60,593 bases of DNA. It comes from a virus (lineage: Duplodnaviria > Caudoviricetes). Below the pieces are notes generated by a model that saw nothing but the letters and a program-made list of their open reading frames with translations, did not search any database and had not been told where the DNA came from. Location of the stretch: positions 1 to 60,593 of IMG/VR virus record IMGVR_UViG_3300006920_000048; one strand, written 5' to 3'. How positions within the stretch are numbered: the stretch's first letter is position 1; each line of letters begins with the position of its first letter. Positions 27,575 to 34,953 of this stretch are shown here, in pieces. Position numbers and translations under genes: made by a program.

Positions 27575-28012
27575 TCATTGGTTTATGTCTTCAGGGTACA
27601 GCTCATCAGCCCAATAGTTTATAGCATCCCAATTTATACCGATGGTAGCGTCGTGATTCTCCTGTACCTTGTGCAACACATACATTGCCTGCTCTTTAGT
27701 CAGGCGTGGATTCTCGGACAACACATCATCAACACACCAAACAGAAGCTATACTATCAGAAGGATCATGACCAAGCACCCTGTCACCTGCAAGGATGGCA
27801 TGGATTGCCTTGACCTGTTCATTTGTTATGTTCAACCAGTTGGTAGCGCCACCAGCACCGCCATGCACTTGCAGCTTTGACTGGTACATATCTGATAGGC
27901 TTAACTTGTTGAACTCTGTGTCGATATACTCTTTTCTAACCTCCTCATATGTCGGGTTCGGTTGTGGCTCCAAGCCTTTAGGTGCTTCGTTGTTTTGGTT
28001 TGATTCGCTCAT
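27575..28012 (-). CDS. Hypothetical protein with conserved phage C-terminal domain
   Basis: WCVDDV......LT.EQA..VL......HDATIGINWD; AGGAGG RBS. Confidence 0.75.
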   Translation of the reverse strand: MSESNQNNEAPKGLEPQPNPTYEEVRKEYIDTEFNKLSLSDMYQSKLQVHGGAGGATNWLNITNEQVKAIHAILAGDRVLGHDPSDSIASVWCVDDVLSENPRLTKEQAMYVLHKVQENHDATIGINWDAINYWADELYPEDINQ

Positions 28013-28016
28013 TGTG

Positions 28017-28190
28017 TTACCTCCTGTTTTTACCTGATTCTATAAATCTCAATTCGTTGGCCATTCGACCAGCCGCATTCTTTGCCGCTCTCAAACTCTT
28101 GAATTTGATGCCTGGGTATATGCTGATACTGCACTCATCCCTATCACAATACCCGTTTATATAAAAGCCTCTGTACCTTATAGTCCACAT
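28017..28190 (-). CDS. Small protein (57 aa, not in track)
   Basis: AAGGAG RBS; MWTIRYRGFYINGY...FKSLRAAKNA. Confidence 0.65.
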   Translation of the reverse strand: MWTIRYRGFYINGYCDRDECSISIYPGIKFKSLRAAKNAAGRMANELRFIESGKNRR

Positions 28191-28387
28191 TTGACAGTCT
28201 CCTTGTTAGTACGCCGTGCCAGTTGGTATACTTTATATGTACACGCCTTGTTATCAAACAATATTTTATATTTAAGTTGTGAGCCATCCCAATACTGATG
28301 GCATGTTCCAAGCTTAACGAGCTTAAGTCCTCTGGTAAGCTTGGCTAGTTCGTGGTCGTTAACGTGTATACGGTTCATGTGAGTCAT
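28178..28387 (-). CDS. Small hypothetical protein
   Basis: AGGAGG RBS before ATG 28387. Confidence 0.65.
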   Translation of the reverse strand: MTHMNRIHVNDHELAKLTRGLKLVKLGTCHQYWDGSQLKYKILFDNKACTYKVYQLARRTNKETVKCGL

Positions 28388-28501
28388 GGTGTAACCTCCT
28401 GTTTGTGTGTCCTGATTTACCTCACGGTCACTGCGCTTCGCCGGACTGGTACGGCGTACTAGTTGGGGAAGTTTCAGCCGAGATCCCCGACTGACAACAC
28501 C

Positions 28502-28530
28502 ATTATACACCAACTACGCACTAAATGCAA
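28502..28530 (-). promoter_or_regulatory. Strong sigma70 promoter TTGCAT-N17-TATAAT
   Basis: Minus strand TTGCATttagtgcgtagttggtgTATAAT, near-identical to 25477. Confidence 0.85.
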
Positions 28531-28611
28531 GCACTTTATTCCAGCAAATCAACCGCTTACATCACCCATTAGGCGACAACCTAATACACTTCGCCGCACT
28601 ACTATGTCGAG

Positions 28612-29037
28612 TTATATTATCACCGCATCTTTACTGATTTGTGCGGGTGTTGGCAATTTTTGAATATCAGCCTTTCGAGTTATAACCTTGCGTTGAGCTT
28701 GTTGGATGGCCGCATGCAAACGCTGACGGTCTGCTACCATGTAAGCCTTGTTATCTGTATCGTTCAATAGAGCGGTTAGCTTATCCTGCCATGTAAGAAT
28801 ATTTTCTTCAAGCAGTCGAACTTCAAGATTCAATAGCTTAAGCCGTGTCATTATAACCTGACGTTTCAACGTCGTAGTGGCTACACTACCGCAGTACAAC
28901 AGCTTATCCCGCGCTTGCTGAAGCTCACTCTTACCTGCCATAGACTCCACGTGCGCCAAGGCCGCAGCTTCGGTTTTGATTCGCTGTAAGTCCTCTTTAG
29001 ATGGCAAAGAGGGGTTGCGTTTATTAATAGCTTTCAT
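28612..29037 (-). CDS. Coiled-coil protein, paralogue of 29024..29437
   Basis: AAGGAG RBS; LPSK...LQQARDKLLYCGS. Confidence 0.7.
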   Translation of the reverse strand: MKAINKRNPSLPSKEDLQRIKTEAAALAHVESMAGKSELQQARDKLLYCGSVATTTLKRQVIMTRLKLLNLEVRLLEENILTWQDKLTALLNDTDNKAYMVADRQRLHAAIQQAQRKVITRKADIQKLPTPAQISKDAVII

Positions 29038-29437
29038 ATTTGTTAAACTCCTTATTGTTGCGTAACCATGTGCGAAGATCAGCTGATTCTCTCTGTTTGG
29101 CTTCGATAGCCTTGGCAAGTGCTAACTGATCTGGATCAGGTCGCCTCCATTCACCTGATTCAAGCTGTGCTGTTGTTGGCAATGTGTGTTGAACATCTTC
29201 TGTTATTTTGGATCTCAAAACACCTAATTCCAAGCGCAGTAATTCAACCTTAATTTTGTACAATCTGACCTTGAATTTGTAAGCTCTTTTTGACAATACC
29301 GTAGCCTCACGACTGCCACAATATAGGATATTTTGCTTGGCAATCTGTAGTGGTGTTTTGTCTGGCAATGTGGTTGCGTGCTCAAAATCTGCACGCTGTT
29401 TTATGTGTTCAACTTCGCGTTTCGTAGGGAGTGTCAT
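29024..29437 (-). CDS. Coiled-coil protein, paralogue of 28612..29037
   Basis: LPTK...LQIAKQNILYCGS. Confidence 0.7.
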   Translation of the reverse strand: MTLPTKREVEHIKQRADFEHATTLPDKTPLQIAKQNILYCGSREATVLSKRAYKFKVRLYKIKVELLRLELGVLRSKITEDVQHTLPTTAQLESGEWRRPDPDQLALAKAIEAKQRESADLRTWLRNNKEFNKYESY

Positions 29438-29479
29438 ATATACACCTTGTTTTTTGTTTAAGAACTGATACATTAACAT

Positions 29480-30240
29480 TGTTTGAGATATAATACAAGT
29501 ATTTAGAGTATAGTTTTAGTAGTTAAACAAAAAAGGCTGTTTATAGCACAAAAATGAGGCACTATCCAAAATGTCACCGCTAACTATCCAAGGGGTATTG
29601 GTCAAAACGTGTTGTTTTATTTTGGTGTGTTTAGTGTGACGGTTCTGTAAGTGCTTGAAGTTCTTTAAGTTCTTTTGGTTTTGAGCTAAACAGTAATAAT
29701 TGTATCCAATAATCCAAATTAAAAACAGGATAGTCCCATATATTTCTAGCAAAAACGAATATTTTTTTATCTCGCAAAAAAATCCCTTAGGGCTATCCGT
29801 TTTTGAAAACGTGGATTATTGGATACAATAATAATAATAATACTAACTATAATATATATATATACTGATTTTAAATGGTTTTTTAATTTCATGCCATACA
29901 CAAATCACTATCCAAAATCTTTTTAAATTGTCTTTCAAGTTGAATTCAACCTTCAACGACATGCCAAAATCACCTTAAGACGTAAGCCGTAAGCCTCGAA
30001 GACAATAATACAAGCTTATTGAATTCGATCTCGTCCACAGTATACCACCACCACCACCTGATTATATGACTACTATGATGTTTCCACCATTCATAAATAG
30101 GCGCTACCGGCCTAAATCTAAAAGCCACGCGACGAACTCAGAGATACGTACACAACCCTAGCCACAAACACCTAAAACCCGTTAGGGGTCGATCTCGTGC
30201 GTTCTGGCAACATATTATTATCTACTACTATGCTTTAAAA
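29480..30240. other. AT-rich non-coding region, candidate replication origin
   Basis: Nested inverted repeats, ACTATCCAA repeats, (AAT)n and (AT)n tracts. Confidence 0.5.
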
Positions 30241-30241
30241 T

Positions 30242-30270
30242 CCCTGATTAGTACACCGTACTAATCAGGG
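30242..30270. repeat. Perfect 13-bp inverted repeat with 3-nt centre; best copy of palindrome family
   Basis: ccctgattagtac-acc-gtactaatcaggg. Confidence 0.95.
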
Positions 30271-30283
30271 TAAATTCAGGGCG

Positions 30284-30318
30284 AAAAAAAGCCCTGAAAA
30301 TCTCTCGATAATCAGGGC
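30284..30318 (-). terminator. Intrinsic terminator for 30333..31079
   Basis: Minus strand gccctga-ttatcgagagattt-tcagggc followed by T7. Confidence 0.8.
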
Positions 30319-30332
30319 AAAAGGGAACGCTT

Positions 30333-31079
30333 TTAAGCTGCTTCTTCTTCTTTGTTTTCTTCAGAAGATCCAAAGAATTTTAGAAGAATGTGTAAGGCTT
30401 GTAGTTCTTTGGCGTTAGTACCGGGCAATAAGAACGCCTCAGCCGTTGTAAGGATATTCAATACAGCCTTGTTACAATCCTCACGGGTAAGCGTTTTACT
30501 GAGCTTTGCAGCTTCTTTGAACGCCTTGGCTTCTTCGTTACGTTTGGCCTTTTCCTTGGCTGAAGCCTTTTCAACTTCAGATTTAGGTGTGGCCTTTAGT
30601 GCTTCTGGCTTTGCTGCTGCAATCAAAGGGTGATAAGTGCGTATGCTGGTAGCTTGTGTCAGTACTTCCAACGCGGCTTTCCATCCTTTACCCTTGATAG
30701 TCTGTTTAGTACCATCTGATTCACGGCCAACGGTACCACCGTGAATCACCTTCATGGTGTTGTTCAACATTGTATTTCTACGGATTGCAATTGCTTCAGA
30801 ATTAAAAGTTAATGCAATTCTGGCCTGTACTAGCTTAAGCAATTTGGAATCGTCAAACACACCCATTTCGTTACATTTCAATACTAAGGATTTAAACGCT
30901 GTATACTCCGCACCCTCAGCCTTGTCGACAGCCTTGGACATTTTAAAATCCAGTTTGATGGCGTCTTCAAGTGCTTCGGGTAGAACTCCTACAGGTACAG
31001 CGTCGACCTTTACGGCTTTGGTTGGTGCTGGTTTGTTTGAGTTCATAACATTGTTTACAGCGTCAAGTATTTTGCTCAT
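30333..31079 (-). CDS. Lys/Ala-rich helical early protein of unknown function
   Basis: 248 aa, AAGGA RBS, bracketed by promoter 31344 and terminator 30284. Confidence 0.8.
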   Translation of the reverse strand: MSKILDAVNNVMNSNKPAPTKAVKVDAVPVGVLPEALEDAIKLDFKMSKAVDKAEGAEYTAFKSLVLKCNEMGVFDDSKLLKLVQARIALTFNSEAIAIRRNTMLNNTMKVIHGGTVGRESDGTKQTIKGKGWKAALEVLTQATSIRTYHPLIAAAKPEALKATPKSEVEKASAKEKAKRNEEAKAFKEAAKLSKTLTREDCNKAVLNILTTAEAFLLPGTNAKELQALHILLKFFGSSEENKEEEAA

Positions 31080-31154
31080 GATATATTCCTTTGTATAGTT
31101 TAATGGTTCAAGATTGAACCCCGCTACATACTGTCACTATGTAGCAAGATGAAT

Positions 31155-31310
31155 CTATTGGGAAACGTTTTGTAGCGCTGAATGGTACGTATTGCTTATG
31201 GCGGTAAAAGCCTCCACCACTTCGACTGCTACATGGTACATACCAGCCATGAACGCTACCACTAAGAGCAGCGATAAGATACTACCTTCTAACCCACGTA
31301 AATCAAACAT
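31155..31310 (-). CDS. Small membrane protein
   Basis: AAGGAG RBS; ILSLLLVVAFMAGMYHVAV TM helix. Confidence 0.6.
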   Translation of the reverse strand: MFDLRGLEGSILSLLLVVAFMAGMYHVAVEVVEAFTAISNTYHSALQNVSQ

Positions 31311-31343
31311 TTGTGTATACTCCTTTAAATTTAAGACAACTAC

Positions 31344-31372
31344 ATTGTATACCAAACACGCATAAAATGCAA
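31344..31372 (-). promoter_or_regulatory. sigma70 promoter TTGCAT-N17-TACAAT
   Basis: Minus strand TTGCATtttatgcgtgtttggtaTACAAT. Confidence 0.8.
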
Positions 31373-31661
31373 CTTGAGCCGGGTTAGTCCGCCGTACTAA
31401 TGCGGGATGGTATACATATAAAAAGCATCCTTTTTTCAGTAGCTTACCCACCCGAGGGGGTTGAGGAGACACATGCGTATGTATATATATACCCAAAGCA
31501 CGTACAGTTTTTCAGAATTTTCAGTGTTTTACCTCGTTACTATACTCTTCGATATACACAGCCAAAAGAACTTCCAGTCGAGAAAGTGATCAAAGCAACT
31601 TTTAGTATTTTCTCGATTAGACTCTCCAAGCGATGTCGGAATTCCGATAACGAAAAATTTT

Positions 31662-31690
31662 TTGACAAAAAATAAAATATAAGTTATAAC
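31662..31690 (+). promoter_or_regulatory. Rightward sigma70 promoter TTGACA-N17-TATAAC
   Basis: TTGACAaaaaataaaatataagtTATAAC upstream of the first rightward gene. Confidence 0.75.
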
Positions 31691-31723
31691 AGTGTTTTAT
31701 CTCGTAACTTGTATAGGTGCTAT

Positions 31724-31858
31724 ATGGATAATCTACGAAATAAGCTGCGTCAGCGCAAGCACCAAAAGCATGTCGTGGTGGCTGATGCTGTTAAATTCGC
31801 AATCTTTACTGCAACGTTCACTATTGCCACAGTGATCATGCTTTCTTTCTTTAAATGA
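31724..31858 (+). CDS. Small membrane protein (44 aa, not in track)
   Basis: MDNLRNKLRQRK...FAIFTATFTIATVIMLSFFK; ATGA coupling. Confidence 0.5.
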   Translation: MDNLRNKLRQRKHQKHVVVADAVKFAIFTATFTIATVIMLSFFK

Positions 31859-32079
31859 CCATCATCTACGCAACCAAGATATGCCCTGGAACAAGAGTTC
31901 AACCACTGCACCATATGGAAGGGTCTCCTGAAAATTTCACGTATAACTCTTCTACCGTGGATGGGTTGAGTGTATACTGCAGGGGATGCGCGTGCTTCCG
32001 ACAGAAAGAATGGCGAGACAAAAACAAAGATAAAAAGAAAGCCGCACGCAAATCATATTATGCCAGGACGGGAAAATGA
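31855..32079 (+). CDS. Small Zn-finger-like basic protein (resembles N-terminus of HNH/EndoVII proteins)
   Basis: DGLSVYCRGC followed by basic helix. Confidence 0.55.
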   Translation: MTIIYATKICPGTRVQPLHHMEGSPENFTYNSSTVDGLSVYCRGCACFRQKEWRDKNKDKKKAARKSYYARTGK

Positions 32080-32170
32080 TACCTCTTACAATATTACTCT
32101 TTTGGATCTGCTTATACACGCATTTGTACACAGAGTACCTGCTTGACGAAATAGACAAGGTGTGTAGAAA

Positions 32171-32392
32171 ATGAGCAAGAAAATGAAAAGTACACACCAA
32201 GTCAGGTTATGGATAATGGGTGTTAATTGGGATGGTGTGGAGGTAGGGTGGTCTGAGTGGAGATGCTACAAAAGTGTGCGTGCTGCTATACAGGGTATGT
32301 GTGATATAAAGAAAAGCGAGCCTGGGTGCAGACATGGGCGACGCTGGAAGATACTAGATCAAACCACAAGAAACATCTCTTTGTATGGGTGA
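32171..32392 (+). CDS. Hypothetical protein
   Basis: 73-aa ORF in rightward operon. Confidence 0.55.
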   Translation: MSKKMKSTHQVRLWIMGVNWDGVEVGWSEWRCYKSVRAAIQGMCDIKKSEPGCRHGRRWKILDQTTRNISLYG

Positions 32393-32398
32393 CAAAAA

Positions 32399-32914
32399 AT
32401 GAAACGAGATATGCAACAGACAGAGGAAGACTACCAAGAAGACTATGGTACGTCAGTGACAGTTCGTCAGCCCAAGACTTCCCCGGTACGACCACTGAGA
32501 CCAGCTGACCCGTCCAACCTTGGGTACCCGGCGACACTACCGATAGAGGTGGCGCTGAAGACTGACTCTATACAGAACATATGCAAGGCATACGATCTTA
32601 CCCGTGAGCAGTGGCAAGCGTTGTGTAAGGATAAGTCATTCCAGGAAGACTTCAGGGTTGCTCAAGGTCTGATCGCTGAAGGGTTCGGGTTCAAGCTAAA
32701 GGCTGCTATGCAAGCTGATGCTCTGCTCAAAACCAGCTGGGAGATAATTCATGACAGACTTACACCTCCAAATGTCAAGGCTGATCTGATAAAGAGTACT
32801 GTGAGATGGGCTGGTCATGACACACCTGCTCCAGCTGATGCTGGTGGCACAGGCTTTTCCATAAACATAAACTTCACTAAACCAGCCGAGTCAAGGATAA
32901 TAGATGCTGAGTAA
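32399..32914 (+). CDS. terS: Putative terminase small subunit
   Basis: HTH-like N-terminal half, helical core, C-terminal FSININF strand; upstream of TerL. Confidence 0.65.
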   Translation: MKRDMQQTEEDYQEDYGTSVTVRQPKTSPVRPLRPADPSNLGYPATLPIEVALKTDSIQNICKAYDLTREQWQALCKDKSFQEDFRVAQGLIAEGFGFKLKAAMQADALLKTSWEIIHDRLTPPNVKADLIKSTVRWAGHDTPAPADAGGTGFSININFTKPAESRIIDAE

Positions 32915-33060
32915 TGCACTGGTGCTAAAAGCAATAGGAGCTGCGTTTGTTGCCGGATTTGTTATGGGATTTCTGTTTGGCGCGTACCACAGTGACCACA
33001 CACTTACCCAATCCATAGGCGAGCTTATACGAGTCAAACAAATGATACGTGAGGAATTCG

Positions 33061-33255
33061 ATGTCGAGTAAATGCACATATTGCCATAGACCGGCGGATG
33101 ATGACTCCAAGTATTCGTACGGAGTTCCTGGCCATAAGTACGTCGTTAAGTGCAACAGATGGTGGTGTACACTCAAGCAAAAATGCAGCAGACAACTCAA
33201 ACAGTTAATATTCAAGGTGTGCAGCTACGTCATAGATAAGGTCAAACATGGCTAA
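33061..33255 (+). CDS. Small Cys-rich protein
   Basis: GAGGA RBS; CTYC motif. Confidence 0.5.
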   Translation: MSSKCTYCHRPADDDSKYSYGVPGHKYVVKCNRWWCTLKQKCSRQLKQLIFKVCSYVIDKVKHG

Positions 33256-33289
33256 GAAACCAAAGGCACTAATTTCAACAGGAGAAAAC

Positions 33290-33508
33290 ATGGAAAATGA
33301 ACATATAGGTTCTGGCCCTATTTCGGAGGAAGAGGCAAGAATAGGTATCCAGATGAAAGCTCAAGCCCAGAAGCTACATCGGCTGATTGCAGAGTTGGAG
33401 GCGTTGGGAGAGTCTGACCAGAGAGCCATCACTCTTGCCAAGACAAATTTGCAGCAAGGTTTTATGTGGTTAAATAGAAGTATAGTGAAACCAGAGATAT
33501 TTTGGTAA
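33290..33508 (+). CDS. acb2: Acb2-like anti-CBASS cyclic-oligonucleotide sponge
   Basis: MENEH...SEEE......MK...DQRAITLAKTNLQQGFMWLNRSIVKPEIF matches the Acb2/T4 Vs.4 pattern; AGGAG RBS before ATG 33290. Confidence 0.75.
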   Translation: MENEHIGSGPISEEEARIGIQMKAQAQKLHRLIAELEALGESDQRAITLAKTNLQQGFMWLNRSIVKPEIFW

Positions 33509-33517
33509 AGGGTCATT

Positions 33518-34939
33518 GTGGCTAAGAAACCAGGGGTTCATTACAGCCCTCCACCGATTACGGAAGACTTCATCCAGGATTATATACCAGGGGAACTTTT
33601 CTTTTCGTTCATTGTCGGCCCGTTCGGTAGTGGTAAGACCACTGGCGCGTTGATGAAGATCGCGTATATGGCGTCGCTACAAGAACCTAACTCTGATGGT
33701 ATGCGCAAAACGCGCTGTGTGGTCGTTCGTAATACGTTCCCGCAGTTGAGAGATACCACGATCTCCTCTTTCAACTACTGGTTCAAGGACGGTGAGGCTG
33801 GTAAGTGGTTCGCTACCAAAAATACGTTCTTGTTGAAGTTTGCTGATGTTGAGTGCGAAGTCATGTTCCGTGCGTTGGATAACGCAGCTGATATTGCCAG
33901 AGTGCTGTCTCTTGAGACGACGTTCGCGGTATTGGATGAGTTTGTGCAGATTCAACCAGAGATCGTTGAGGCGCTGTCTGGTCGTTGTGGTCGGTACCCG
34001 CCAGCGTTTGAAGGTGGAGCTACGAATTTTGGGATGTGGGGTGCTAGTAATCCTGGTGAGGAGGATACGTGGTGGTTTGAGCATTTGTTGGAAAAGAAAC
34101 CAGGGAACGTGGCTTATTTTCATCAACCGAGCGGCTTATCGGAGGCACCTGAGAATTTTGAAAACTTACCGAAAAACTATTACAAAAATTTGGCCAAGGG
34201 AAAATCTTGGGCGTGGATCAAGCAGTTTATCGAGGCGGAGTGGGGTTACTCGCTCGCAGGCCGTCCAGTGGTTCCGACCTTCTCCCGCGAGATTCACGTC
34301 TCATCCAAACCACTCACCGCAGACCCCTATCTTCCGCTCATCATCGGTTATGATCCAGGAATGCACTGCGCACTCATCTTTGGTCAAGAAGACCTCTTCG
34401 GACGACTGTTCGTAGTTGATGAGTTAATCCTGGAGGGCTATGGTGCCAAAAGGATGATTGAAGACCAGTTGATACCGCTAATAAAGCGGAAATACAGCGA
34501 ATTTGAGATCATCATAAGTCCTGATCCAGCGGTAAATGGTAGAACACAGACAGATGAAACAACAGTAAGACAAGTGCTTAAGGATAAAAAATACGCTAAA
34601 TTTTTCTCTGTTTACACCGATGGGCAGAACACAAGGAACCTGTTGCAACCTCGCCTTGATGCCATAGACTACTTCACTACACGCCTTACTGAACGTGGGG
34701 CCGCATTGGTGATCGACCCAGGGTGTAAGAAGATAATCCGTGCTCTTGTCAGCGGTTGGAGATTCGAGAAAACACAGAAAGGTGAAGAGAAGGCCAAACC
34801 GGAGAAGAACCCATCCTCGCACCCAGGGGATGCATTTGGTTATCTTTGCAGGTATTATGTAAGCCACACGGCTAAGCATGGAAGTAGAATGTCCCCGAAG
34901 ACTTTCAGGCCACCGACATTTAATAATGCGTATGTATAA
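33518..34939 (+). CDS. terL: Terminase large subunit
   Basis: GPFGSGKT, VRNTFPQLRDT, LDEF, GYDPG, HPGDAFGY. Confidence 0.92.
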   Translation: MAKKPGVHYSPPPITEDFIQDYIPGELFFSFIVGPFGSGKTTGALMKIAYMASLQEPNSDGMRKTRCVVVRNTFPQLRDTTISSFNYWFKDGEAGKWFATKNTFLLKFADVECEVMFRALDNAADIARVLSLETTFAVLDEFVQIQPEIVEALSGRCGRYPPAFEGGATNFGMWGASNPGEEDTWWFEHLLEKKPGNVAYFHQPSGLSEAPENFENLPKNYYKNLAKGKSWAWIKQFIEAEWGYSLAGRPVVPTFSREIHVSSKPLTADPYLPLIIGYDPGMHCALIFGQEDLFGRLFVVDELILEGYGAKRMIEDQLIPLIKRKYSEFEIIISPDPAVNGRTQTDETTVRQVLKDKKYAKFFSVYTDGQNTRNLLQPRLDAIDYFTTRLTERGAALVIDPGCKKIIRALVSGWRFEKTQKGEEKAKPEKNPSSHPGDAFGYLCRYYVSHTAKHGSRMSPKTFRPPTFNNAYV

Positions 34940-34953
34940 AACCGAGGACGAAC

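Noticed and set aside
29516-29752. 78-aa minus-strand ORF
   Set aside because: Lies in the AT-rich repeat region, lacks an RBS and has a TTG start; probably spurious
22886-31400. Palindromes as integron attC sites or N4-type hairpin promoters
   Set aside because: Too short for attC and no tyrosine recombinase seen; loops are not the GNA type and no virion RNA polymerase was recognised
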